This document shows positions 38,901-52,500 of a stretch of DNA of 64,000 nucleotides, piece after piece. Below the pieces are notes generated by a model. It saw only the letters and a list, made by a program, of their open reading frames with translations. It had not been told where the DNA came from and did not search any database. Source of the DNA: Amoebophrya sp. A120 (lineage: Eukaryota; Protista; Dinoflagellata); contig CAJINV010000005.1 of the NCBI GenBank assembly GCA_905178155.1, positions 9,021,222 to 9,085,221 on the forward strand, given 5' to 3'. How positions within the stretch are numbered: the first letter of the stretch is position 1; each line of letters begins with the position of its first letter. A program made the translations under genes and the position numbers.

Positions 38901-40586
38901 AGTTAACTAGCAGCCGTGTATGTGGAAATTAAGTGCTTTAGCAATATTATTTCCGTCCCTTAAAAATCGAAGCTACGGAGGGACGTGCAACACCTGCTGC
39001 TGCTGCTACGGTGGTCCCTGCGAGTCGTCCATAGGTCACTAACGCAGATGAAACTGCATGGATTATTTCTCGTAAAGGGAGTGAATAATGAAGAGGAGTG
39101 TACAACTGCTTAACCTGGTGTAGTTTCTCAGTGGGCACGTCATTCAAGCTAGATTGTGACCGAAACTGATGATGAAAGTACCTTGCAGACTTAGACGTAA
39201 GTCGGACGGAAGTGGACGTTTTTATCTTAAGCACGAAATGTCTAAAGGTTGTACGAGAAAATGCTTTAGCACGCGATGAAGTGGACGATGACTTTGCCTT
39301 TGTTCCGACTTTGGCTTTGCGACTCTAGGTGTATCATAATTGTTACCGAAATGAAATAATAAGCGGCCAAGAACGAAACGCCGAACAAGGAATAGTGTGA
39401 AATAAAACCGACGGGTTAACTGTTTTGGTCCAAAACAAACCGAATGCTCCTTCACGCCTGAACGGCTGGTAGGTGAGACGTCGGAGTACCGAAGTTTTTC
39501 TGCGAGCCGACGAGGAAAATAAACCGACCACTTTTCGCAGCAAGAATTTCCGACAAAAACCGACCGCCGCTGTCATGGCATCAGGGAGGACAAAAAAACC
39601 GAATTGCATCACTGCACTTTCTTGTACGACGATATTTTTGAATTGGAAATGGGGCCGAAGCAGACTGTTGTTACACACAATCAAGTCATGCACAGCCTGA
39701 CGCGTTCCCTTTTTCTGATCTGCGTTTTCCCAAAACAAAAAGTTTTTTGTTCCAAATGTTGTCAAGGCAGGTGGAATTGGGGTCGACGTGTGGGCGGAGT
39801 CTCAGGCTATGAGCGGAAAAAACTATTGGGTTATGCTGAAAGAGGATTTTAGGGAATTGGTGCTTTTTCTACTACTACTTCCAAAAAGTTTTGTATAGAG
39901 AACATGCTAAGAATGATTTCGAGATACAGAAGATTTTCAACGTGGATAAAACCTATATTTTCTGGTGTACTTTATGCTAATAAAAAAGAACGGTCGGTCA
40001 AGTAGAACTTTTCGTATTGTCAAAAAATAAAAAAGCCTGCTATTGTACATGAAATAAACTGTCTGTTGAAACTGAAAACTTTCTTCCGAATTGAATCTAT
40101 CTAGGGCGAGGCGGAACTAGAGCTGTGCTATGCTTTACAGTTTTACTGCACCGGGGAACGATAGAGAACGACTTGCTTGTTTTCGTGCAAAAAACAACGT
40201 CACAAGGGTAGCATTGAGTTTTGAAATTCTACAAATGCAAAAGCGATAAAATTGTGTCTGATTTTTCAAAAAGATGCTATTTTGGATGATTTTGAATACT
40301 GGTAAAACTAGGTTATGCTAAAACAAATCTGATACAAGAACGAAAATTTGTAACTTCAAAAAGATTCACGCGTCTGATACTGTGTTTTTCGTAAAATCTG
40401 ATCTAAAACAATTTGGCATGCGGACTCAGCGCCGGAAAGCCTTGAGCTGACGTTCTGCGAGAAAAGATTGTTTCCTGTAAAGAACCAACTTCAAAAAGAT
40501 TCACGGTTATCAAAAATATTCTTGGTTGCGAGAGCTTCTTTCTTCATCTCCTGCTAGACTTACTTCACCCCTGATTTCATCTCCAC

Positions 40587-43500
40587 TCATGAAATCTGAT
40601 ACGGAACCGCGTCAATTTGTCCCGCGTTGGTAAAATAAGCCCCGTCCGGCCTGTATGCATTGCAAATATGTTTGGGTCCGGAAACCTGTGATGCAAGGAA
40701 GGGAATAGTGAGCACACTGTGATGCGCTCCCCAGCATGACAAGTTTTTCGGTGCTTCTGAGTTGCGTACTCCGCATGAGAAACAAACCGCGTTTTTGCAT
40801 GACAGAAAAGCAGACCTCTTCGGGGGCACGCGATACAGAGTTCAGAGTCATGCCAGACTAGCATGACATGGCGCAGAATCTTCCAGACCCAGACATATTT
40901 GCATTTGATAGACTCCCGCCCACCTGCGTTTGCGGGCCGAGGTTGAAGTTTTGCAAGGTTGTGTCGTTCACGTTCCGCCGGTTCTTGATCCGATCCCCCA
41001 TGCTCTTCCGCACCCGGCCGCCCCCCGCCCGGTCGGACGGCATGGAATCGTAGCCCTGCAGTTCCAGATCCCGACTCCGCATTTCGTTCTCGATCCCGTG
41101 GGCCGTCGCGCCGGTGGTCGGCGCCCGCGGCATGGACGCGTTGGGATTTCCTTGTTTCATATTCCGCGACGCCCGTTTCGATTGCAGCATGTCCTGAATC
41201 GAACTGGCCCCGAACCCGGCGGTGCCGTATCAACTGCAAATATGTGTGGGTCCTCTGGAAGGTTGCAAGACTTGTCATGCACATTTTCCACGACCACCCA
41301 TGAGGTCTGGAGTGGGGGACCGAGCATGACAGATTCTACTTTGAGGTCTCTATCATGCCTATACTGCATGAGAAACTCGTCCCCCTCAACCTGGTCAAAA
41401 GAGGACAGCGGTTCTTGGCCCTCATGCAAGACAGATTTTTCCATGATTCAGATTGAGCATGACAAGTTGCAATCTTCCAAACTATCCAGACAAAGTTGCA
41501 ATGCATATGCCCGGCTTCGCGACGATGTGGCCGGCGGCCTCGTCCGGCGTGATCCCGGTGGCGGACGACACTTGGAAATTCTTCACCGCTTTTGGTTTTT
41601 GCAATCTGTCCTTCGGCCGGTCCTCAACGAGAGCGTTTTCTAATAGCAGGAACAAGTCTTTCTCCATGGCGTCGATAAACTCCAAAATTTTCTCGTTGCT
41701 GATCCCCAAATCTAGTAATTCGTCCATCTTATCCGCGATTTTCTTCGCGAGAACCTGTGTTTCCACAAAGATCAGCTCGTACGCGTCCATTTGCGCAATT
41801 CTGTCCAAATGCTGCAACACGAAGTGCTTCAACTGCTCAAACAATTTCGTCGCGGCCTGCATGGTTCTGTGTTGCGGTTTCAAACTCTGCATGTTGCCGC
41901 GCATCGACAACCGGTTGATCACTTCATCCCTTAAATTCACCCGACGAATTTCCCGCATGGTTAAATTTTCCGTTAATCTATCCTGAGTAAAAACATCCCC
42001 ACACCAGAGTCAAGATGAGGATTTTGCAACACAAACCTAGAACTTTTGGGGGTCACGCATCACAAGTTGCAGTCCGTAGTGTAGTGCAGCTTCGCAAGGC
42101 CAGCTGCATCAGAAATCCACCTGCTCATCCTGTTTACGGCATTACAAATTCCAAAACACGACTAAAAATGCCTCTCCTGGTGATGCGCATTACAAATGTT
42201 CCTGTCATTGCAAATCTGCATGACAACTCTGGTGTGGGGACGTTTTTACTCAGGATATAATCTTCTCCCCACCGTGTCGACGAAGTGCTGCTTGACCAAC
42301 GCTATGGATTGCAAAAGTGTCTGGGTCTGGAAGATTGTCAGATTTGTCATGCAGCTTTTCCATGACCCATGAGGTCTGGAATGCAGGACCTAGCATGACA
42401 GATTCTGCGCGATCTCTCTCATGCCTATCCTGCATGAGAAACTTCCTTCCGACTTGATCAAAACTGGACGACTTTTGGTAATCATGCAACACAGATTTTT
42501 GCATGCTTCAGATTTAGCATGACGCGCTGCATTCTTCCAGACCCAGACACTTTTACAGTTGATAAGCGCTTCAATCTGGTCGGTTTCAATCACGTCCTCG
42601 GTTAACAGGGAATACTCCTCAAACACGTCGACCTGGTCGACGACAAACATCTGCCTATTCGCCACGTTCGCGTGCGTGAGCTCCTTGTTTACGTGGTGGG
42701 AATGGAGGAGAAGTGCTTCCTCAATCGTTTCTCCGGAATGGTACGCCGGGCCGTCGGAGTTCGCCTCCTTCTCCATCATTTCGACGATGCGCTCGCAGAA
42801 GTCCGTGATTAACTGCCCGTCATACGCGGAAACGGACTTCAGCTCCTTCACGATCAACTGCATTAAATTCTTCCTCCCCAGCTGTCGGTTCCGGAGCCAC
42901 ATCGACTATCCTGAGTAAAAACGTCCCCACCCCAGAGTTGTGATGCAGATCTGCAAGCACAAGAGCGCTTGTAATGCGCGATCCCATGAGGGGCATTATC
43001 AATCGTGTTTTGGAACTTGTAATGCTGTAAACAGCATAAGGAGATCGATTTGCTATGCGGCTTCCCTTGCTAAACTGCACTACACTACAGTCTGCAATTT
43101 GTCATGCGTGGTTCCCAAAACTTCAAGGTTTGTGTTGCAAAATCCCCATCTTGACTCTGGGGTGGGGACGTTTTTACATAGGATATCGACTCTTCGGCGT
43201 TCATCGGCTTCATGAACTTGGTCTGCGCGCAGCGGTTATGCATTGCAAATATGTCTGGGTCGGGAAAAACATTGTGATGCAAATCTACGAATTGTGGGCG
43301 CACTGCAGTATACCGCCTAGCATGACAAGTTTTTGCGCTGCTGTGTGTTTCGTTTTTCGCATGACAAACTGCGTTTTTGCATGACAGGCAAGAGGCCCTT
43401 GTTTTCCTGTTCATGCATCACAGATTTAAGAGTCATGCCAGACAAGCATGACAACCTTGCATTCTTCCAGACCCAGACACATTTGCAATGCGCAGCGATT

Positions 43501-46500
43501 GGACACGTGGCCGATGAAGTGGCAAACGACTTCCGCGATCTCTTGATCCCGAGAATTGATCACCATTCCGTCGGTGAGAATTCCGACCAACTCGTAGATC
43601 ACTTTCCGGAACTGTTGCTCGGTTCCAAACTCGTGCTCAATTTGCTGTAAAACCCGCTGCGCTAAGAAGTCACAAGTGTCGAAAAGCGCTTTGCCCGCCA
43701 AATCCTTCTTCGGGTTTTTCCGCGACTCGATCTTTGCCAGTTCCAAAGTCTTCAGCAAGAAATTCGCCAAAACCGTGACGTCGTTCGGAAGGGCGTCGGG
43801 TGTGTGTGGCTTCAATTCCGGCTTGCACAGCTCCTGCTTCAGTTTCTCCTTCAGCTCATTGTCCAGTTTCGTCGCAAGCTTCTCCAAGAAATCCTGCACC
43901 AAGCCGGCGTCGATATCGGAGGTTGGTTGCCGGGTGAGATTCGCGGACAGATTCTGCAGAAAAGTTTCACACCTCCTGTCAATCACGTCCTTGATGACAT
44001 CATTCAACACCCGGATGGCGTCGTTCTCTGGGTAGGATTCCAGCCCCGCTAACTCCTCCACACTGATGTTATCCGGGTGGCTCGCCTATCAAGTGTAAAA
44101 GTGTCTGGGTCTGGAAGATTGGAAGATTTGTCATGCACATCTGACATGACCCATGACGGCTGTGATCTATGCCCTAGCATCACAGATTTTCTGAGTGCGT
44201 CTTGATGCATATCCTGCATGAGAAATGCCCTCTCGTCCACGTGGCAAGGACTGGACTCCTATTGCCTGTCATGCAACACAGATTTTTTTAGAATCCAAAA
44301 ATAGCATTACAAGTTGCATCCTTCCAGACCCAGACATTTTTACATTTGATATCGCCATCAGTTCGATCTGATCACCCACGTTGCAAACCAATTTCACCGG
44401 CGCGTACCGCCACCGGGCGTTCAAGGCCCGCTGCATTAATTCGATTTCTGAAGATCGGTGGACTTCTAGCGCCAAAGCGTTCATGGCCTCGGCGACCAGC
44501 ACGTCGACAGAGGCGAGTTTGGCCTTCATCAACTTGTGCGAATTCATCCCCCCTAAGATCGTGTTCTCTTTCGCGACTTTCACACCCACTTCCACCTTCC
44601 GGAGTAGTTCTAAATCCACGTTTTCCAACTTCGTCCGTTTAATAATGTCGCACTGGCCCTCGACGAAGGCCTGCACGTAGCGACAGGCTTGCAATAAAGA
44701 CATTTCGTCGACGACATTGGCGTTCAACGAGTCCTGGAAATCCTCTAGGACCTCCCCATCCACGGAATTCGTCCTCTCAATCAACGTGATGACCGTATTC
44801 GCCAACGATTGACTCGTTTGGACCGCCTCGCGGGATAAGGGGAATTGGCAGTAAGCCAACCCCCTGCCGATGATGGACGACGCGCATCCAGCCGCCATGT
44901 CGTGGATCGCACCTAACGCGTCGATTTCCGTTTCCACTATTGGTAACAATCTCGACGGAATATCCGCGATCTGCCGGACCGCGACTGTCACTTTAGGGAC
45001 GGCCAGCCACTTGCTGTCATCCGGCCCCGGTTGGGTGACAACGACGTTGAGACCGTATAATGTTTTGGAAGTGGCGATTAAGGAAATGTTTCGCTCCACC
45101 AAATCTGGCGGGACGAACTGGGTCACGACTTTGTGGACGGAGGAAACCAGATGTCGCGCCAACGCGTCGAAATCCGCGCACTGGATGTGGAGACGGTCGT
45201 GGTCTAAATATTTCGCGACGTCGACAACCTCATGGACTAATTGTTGGCAGTCCTTGGCGTTGCACTTTAGCATGCCGTGGGTGGTGGTGCCAAAGCCTGG
45301 GCGTAAGACGTCCATGTGGTCACCCAGTTTGAAATTGCGAACCAGCATGTCGGAGGTGATCGGATCTTTGTGCATGCCAACCCGGTGGAGGCGGCGGTTT
45401 CCCGCGTTCATGTCCCGGAGAACGGCGATTCCGCGGTAGTCGCGACGGGAGAGGCCCTGATAGTTGTAGAGGTTTTTTGAATATCATCCCTTGGCTTTGA
45501 TGCATGACAAGTTCTCGGAGGACTTTCATTTTGATCATGAAACTTCTGTTGCAGGAAATTCCGAAAAAACTCAAACTTTGTGATGCAAAAACCACACTAT
45601 CAATACCGATTTCAACGTCTTCAACTCGTCCTCTTCAATTCCCTCCGTCCAGCTCTGCAGCATGTTCCGCCTGAACATCCCGTGCATGTCATGCCTTTTA
45701 TTCGCCAAAAACTCCGTCCTCTGCCGCAGCCGCTGCTCGCCCCGCCAGTACATGCGGCGGACGACCGCTTTCATGGCGGCACGTTGTAAAATTTCTTCCA
45801 ACAGCCCGACATCCCCCTCATATCAACTGCAAAAATGTCTGGGTCTGGAAGAATGGAAGTTTGTTATGCTTGTCTCACATGACTCTTAAATTTGTCATGC
45901 ACATTACCCAAGAGCCCCATTTTGCTGTCATGCAGAAACGCAGTTTGTCATGCAGAATAGGCAACACCTCTAAGCTCAAAAGCTTGTCATGCTGAGCCAG
46001 CATTTGTGGCCTCTTCATGATACGCCACCCAGCATCACAACTTTCCAGACCCAGACATTTTTACAATCCATACCTCAGAAGCGGTTGCAATGGTACTGCC
46101 CATAAACTCCTGCAGCGCCGCGCGGCCGAAGAGAGCGACGATCCAATATCGCAATGACAAATCCCCCCTCCCCATATTGACGCGGTAGGTTTTCGCAAAT
46201 TTGCGTTGCTGATATGTGACCACAAATCGTGTCTGTGTTGCAAGACGGCAACTCCACCGGCTCCGCTGCATTATGCAGGCGGTTTGTCAACATGCTGTTA
46301 AGCGCTACAGCACGGACGTTTTTCATGCTAAAAAGCGCCTAGATTAAAGCCTCTCTACTCAGGCTTGATATGGGTCATCTGCAGTCCTGTCCAGCAAGAC
46401 AAATCTGACTTGTGTACTCAAATCCAGCATCAGAAACTTCGTTTTCATATGGGGAGAAGGGATTTTTCCTTTTGATATCAAAGCCTTGACCGCCACGCCG

Positions 46501-49500
46501 GTTTCGTGTTCCAATAAATCCGCGACGCCGAGCGCCCGGAGGTGTTCCGCGGTTCCGCCGAGAAATTTGCTGGCCCCGACCCGGGCGTGAATAATCAGCG
46601 CCTCCGCGACGGTGTGGAGGTTCAGATTGGCCTTCGCCTTGTCAATCGCGCCGGAGTACAGGGCTTGTCGTGCCGCGAACCGACCGATTTCTTCCAAAAC
46701 GGTAATGTTCGCGTCGGGCGTGACCTGTTTGTCATCGGCAATACCGTCCTTCGGAAACATCGGGTCCGTCCCCTGCACCTGCGCGGCACCTTCGGCCGCC
46801 GCGACAACCGACGCGGCGCCGGACCGGGATAGTAAGTCCGCAAGCCTTTCGTGCGTTTGGAACTTCTCACCAAGAACTCCCGCGATGCAGTGCTCCGCGA
46901 TCCCCTCGGAGGCGAGGCGGAAATCCGGTTTGGAAGCCATGTCCTTGGTCCGCAGAGCCTTGGACAGCTTGAAGTTCGTCACATTGTTGGAGGTGGTCGG
47001 CTTCATGACCTTACAATGCCGGGCGATGTCCGTGTCTTCCAACGGCGTTTTGTACTGCAACTTGCTCAACCCGGCGCCGGTTAAACCCGCGCCCAGAATC
47101 TGCTCATTGGACATTCCCATCGACTCCATCGCGTTTTCAATATTTTCCTGCTCCTCCCCCCGCAGCTGCGCCATCCGTTCCGGCTCGATCAAACGAAAGC
47201 TCGCGTCGGGCACGTAGGTCACGTCCGCCGCTTGGTACAGTGCGGATAGCTTTTATGCAATACAAATATGCCCCCACACGACCCAGTTTTTGTCATGCAA
47301 GAAGTACTTCAGCATTGTCTCCTCTGATGCGAAATTTGCAAGGCTGCCTTCGCTGAGACCAAGACGCACTATCAAAATCTTGAATCAATTTGTCTTGCGA
47401 CCCGTGCATCTGCTTATCCTTTCCAGAGGCTGCTTTTTGCAATACAAATTTCTGAGTCAGAAGGCATAATTGCTTTGCATAACTTCCCGTCCCCGAAGAC
47501 ATCAGAAGAACGACTCGGCTTGTAGAAGTTATCGATGGAATTGTCCTATGCATTGCAAAAGTATCGTACTCGTACTACTTGCGTTTCTGCATTACAAATC
47601 TTTTTATCAAGGCAAATCCGCATTACAGCTTCAGTTTGTAGTGCTAGGTGAATTTGTAATGCATTTATACGAGTACGATGCTTTTGCAGTTCATATGTCC
47701 TGGGCGTGTTTGTCCTTTTCGGTCAAAAACGCAACTTCGTCCCGGGAGTGGTCGGACTCGATCACCATCACGTCGCCGAGTTCCGGGTCGACAATCATGT
47801 GGCAGAGGCACTCTAAAAGCCTATCATCCCGGTCCATCTCGTGCTCCATCACGAGCAGTTGCTCCGCATCTTTTAGGAATCCGGTGCAGCATAAAATGTC
47901 GACAATCCCACCCTCATCAAGTGTCATGATATCGTCCATGTGGATCATCACGATTTTCATCTGCTCGTGAATCGTCCCATCGTTATCTTTCTCCGGGCCC
48001 AGTAAGTCCAACGCGTCCTCAATGTCGCAGAACGAGGAAAACATTTCCAACAAATCCCTCGTTTTACTAACTTTCGTCTCGTCCGGGATCACCATGACAA
48101 TGTCCCGTCGCGTCCGGTGCGGCTCCGTCCCGGGGACCCGGGGCAAATGCCGGTCCTGACTCATGCCGACCACTTCTAACAACTGTGTCCGATCCCCCGC
48201 CACCTGCACGATCGTGTGGTTGTCGCGAGATTGCAAGATCGAGACCTTCGCGGGGGGGGAGTTCTGCTCCTTCTCCATGTCCCCCATGTTGTCCGCGCCG
48301 ATTTCTCCGGTGGCGAGATATCGCGCTTCCGCGGGTAGTTTATCCCCACGCGTGCACGAAATGTCGGTTTGCGACTGCTTGGCCGCGCGGCCCATGAGGT
48401 CTTGCAACAAGGCGGAGTCTTGTGGTTGCCCGGACAGGTTGTCGTTTTTCATTTTTTCGTCCCTTTTCCTCCTTTGCTCCGGGTCGATGTCCATCTCGAC
48501 CCCCGGCATGAGTTCGATCGACCCCCAGAGTTGCGCCCCTTTTACCCGCAGTTGCATCCCCAACTCCTGCACGAACTCGTTCTGCCAGGAACTGTTCAAC
48601 AATAACGCGTCGCGGATGTGCAACCGTCTCACTCTTTCCTCCAGCATGTTGCCGAAATGCATCAGGATTCATCAAATGCAAAAGTGTCTGGGTCTGGAAA
48701 CTTGTGATGCTGGGTGGCGTCTCATGATGAGGCCACAAATGCTGGCTTAGCATGACAAGTTTCTGAGTTTCTAGGTGTTGCCTATTCTGCATGACAAACT
48801 GCGTTTCTGCATCACAGAAAAATGGAGCTCTTGGGTAACGTGCATGACAGATTTAAGAGCCATGCCAGACAAGCATGACAAATCTCGCAATCTTCCAGAC
48901 CCAGACATTTTTACAGTTGATAGGATTTCGCTCGCCACAATCTCCGGGTTGGGGACCAGTTGCATTTGCGGCTGCTCTATCAAATGCAAAAATGTCTGGG
49001 TCTGGAAAGTTGTAATGCTAAAAGTGGATGATAGCCGGACTGCAATACGCAGCCAAGCATGACAAATTTTTGAGCGGCTACGTGTTGCGTATTCCGCATG
49101 AGAAACTGCGTTTTTGCATGACAGATAGGAGAGCCGGTTCGTTCCCACGCATTACAGATTCTCGTGTCATGTCAGACATGCATGACAAGTCGCAGAATCT
49201 TCCAGACCCAGACATTTTTACATTTGATATGCTCTAAAATTCCGATTTCCAGCGCGTCGAGGAGATCGGAATGGAGTTTCCACACGAGGAATTTCAATAA
49301 GTGTTCCGCCCGTTCGTACGCCAGATCCGCGTTGTCTTTGATCTCTTCCTGTTTCAGAATCTCCTCCTCGATCATCTTCTTATTCTCCGCATTGGTCTCC
49401 ATAGATTCAACCAAATCCCGGATTAATTTGCTCATCACCGCGACTAGAGTATCTAGTGTCGCCAACCGGCAATGCTCATACCGATTCGTCCAGGTGACCC

Positions 49501-52500
49501 GATCGACTAAGTCCACATTCGGGCTCTGCATCCGCTCCAAGTACTGCGCATGGTGCACGCAGAGGGTGGCAAGAGTGACGGAAGCAATCGCTTTGGCGTG
49601 GTGGGGCATCAGCTCGATGTTCAATTTCTTCACAAGTGCATCTAATTCCGGGCGGTAGCCAACCCCGGCTTCGACGTAGAAGCAGGGCTTTTCGCAGACC
49701 GAGCGGTGGGCGAGGGAAGAGACGACCTTTGATAAAGTTTTTTTTTTTTCGTAGGTAGCTTTGCATATGACAAATAGTATTTGGATTTTCAGCATCAGAA
49801 ACTTTGGCCATGCAGAAAAAAAGCAAAATTTGTCATGCAAAACCCACTAAAAAGCCCTATACCTTCTCAAACTCCGCCACGACGTTGCTTTTCCGGGCTT
49901 TGTCATCCCAAATCCGCTTTTCAATTTGGTACAAAACCGCCTCCACCAAAATGTCTACGTCAGATTGAAACCGCCAGGAAATCGGGGTATGCATTGCAAA
50001 CATGTCTGGGTCTGGAAACTTGTGATGCTAAAGTGTGAATGATGGAAGCAATTCCGAATGCAGCCAAGCATGACAACTTTCCACTAAGCTTTCTGATGCG
50101 TAGCCCGCATGAGAAGCTGCGTTTTCGTATAGACAAAAGGGGCTGCGCATTTTGTTGGTCATGCAACACAAATTTTACAAGAATGTGAGACCTGCATTAC
50201 AAGTTCGAACTTTCCAGACCCAGACGCATTTGCGGTTGATACGGGGTTCTGTCTTCCAACTTTTCCACCTGCATGGGTAGCTGCGTGTTCTCCGTCGTGA
50301 CCTGGTATAGCAAAAATACCGCGTCGTTGATTTCCAAATACAATTTCTCCCGGATGGGGTCGAAAAGCGACTCATCCAAATCCATTTGGTTAAAAGTGTT
50401 CCGGAAAACGTTCAACAGATCGGTCGCACGCTTCCGAGAAGATTCGAGAATCTGGTCATGGAACTTCGCCCGCGGATCCGTGTATTCGTCGTGCTTGATC
50501 GCGTCGTAGTGTTCAAAAGCGGCGACGACGACCAGTTTCAACGTCACGTGCGCCAGAACCGCTTCTAAGAATTCTCTCTCGCTTGTTCTCGTGTGCCGCC
50601 CGATTTTCCGCTCGTCGATCATGAGTTGCACGATTTTCACTGCCGACTCGCAGATGTATTGGAAGGCGACTTCGGCCTTGGAGAGAACATCCTCCCGGCC
50701 CCCCTTGATCCCGAGCTTGACGACCACTTCGGTCAGATCTTGGTGGTAGACCGCGATCCGATCGAGTTTTTCGTCGATCGGCACGTGTATCAACTTGAAA
50801 AGTGCCCCGCTGCCCCAGAAGTGCAAACAATTTCTGATGCGAAATTCCCGAATGGAAATCAGTTTTGTCTTGCATGAAACGACCACGAGTGAGTCTCGTC
50901 CCCGATCTAGATTCTAGTCCTGTAGAGCATCTCTCGCATGACAAGCCCCACTGTTGCTGGGCCTTTTTGCAACACAGATTTTTGTGCTAGAATTCCTCAA
51001 TGAAATACTTAAATCTGTGTTGCGGGAATATGCAAGATGGAGAGTTTTTCCATTCGCAACCTTTGCAATACAAACACTTTCCCTTTCTGGGGTGGGAGCT
51101 GCACTTTTCATTTTGATAACGTGCTCTACGTCTTCATCTTCCACATCGGACATTTCCGCGCGGTCCGCCGCCGCTTCCGTCTCCACCCGCGTGATCTCGT
51201 TTTCGGATTGTTTCAGGGTATAATCCAACGCGTTGGAAATATCTTCGACTAAGCATTTCGGGTGCTCGCGACAGAGATTGTACAGATTTTCACCACAACT
51301 GTACAATTCCGAATAATCGTATTCCCCCTCGTCGATCGCGGCGATCATTTTCTTCATGGTCCCGTCGGTTTTCAACAAATGGATCACATCATCGGCGATC
51401 TCCTGCTTCACCAATTCGGGGTGACTTAACGGCAACGTCGAGTCAAAGTGCGGCGGGTGCTGCATGAGCTTAGCCACCTGCTCGATGACCAGTTGTCGCC
51501 TCACGTCGTCGAGGAAATATCGGTTGGTCGCTTCTAGGAACATGTTGGCAAGTTGTGTCCTTCGTTGGAATATCAAATGCAAATATGTCTGGGTCTGGAT
51601 GAAACTTGTGATGCTAAAACATGGATGAGCCTGGTGCTTTCAAGTCCAGCCAAGCATGACAGGTTTATTTGGCGCCGACTGATGCGTATGACGCATGACA
51701 AACTGCGTCTTTGCATCACAAAAAGGCAAAACTTTTGCTGGCTATGCAACACAAATTTTTCAGGAATGCTAGACCCGCGACACAAGCTCCACTTTTCCAG
51801 ACCCAGACATATTTGCAATGCATATGGAAAGTCGCAACACAAACGCCCTGCTGGTCCTCCGTTTCCTTGTTGAAAAAGTCGCGGATTTGCAAACCCGGCT
51901 GGCGCTCGTAGGCGGACTGATATTGATTTGGAATTGGTGCATGACAAAAACAGGGTAATGTGCGGATTGTCCTGCATGACACATTTCGAAATTTTTGGAA
52001 ACCAAAACAACCTCTACTCGGCATTTCTGCATCACAAAAGCGAATAAAACTACTCATGATTCATGGAGCAGATTACGCATGACAAATAACCCATAGTACC
52101 TTCCCCATGCTGCCCCGGGAATTTTCGCTGATCGCTAAACCGCCACCCTGCGTCGCGTACACCGTCGCGCCATCACCGATTTTTCTATGCATTGCAAAAG
52201 TATCGCTCTAGTAGAAATAGCAGCACAAATTTTTCCTGAAGGAAAAATGGAATTTGTAATGCTGAATGAGCTCAGGAACCAGGTTTGTCATGCACGACTG
52301 CAATTTCTACGAGTGCGATACTTTTGCCTTTGATATTTCCGACCGCGGAGCGATTTTTTCGGTTTGCCCTTCCCCGGCACTTGGTTCAGTTTCTCCGCTT
52401 GTTTGAAGTATTTGATCCGAGAAAACCGTTCTTTCGGGTTTTTGTACAGAAAATCCCCGCCGTCCCCGACCGCGGCCTTCCAATCCACCTCGTCGTACAA

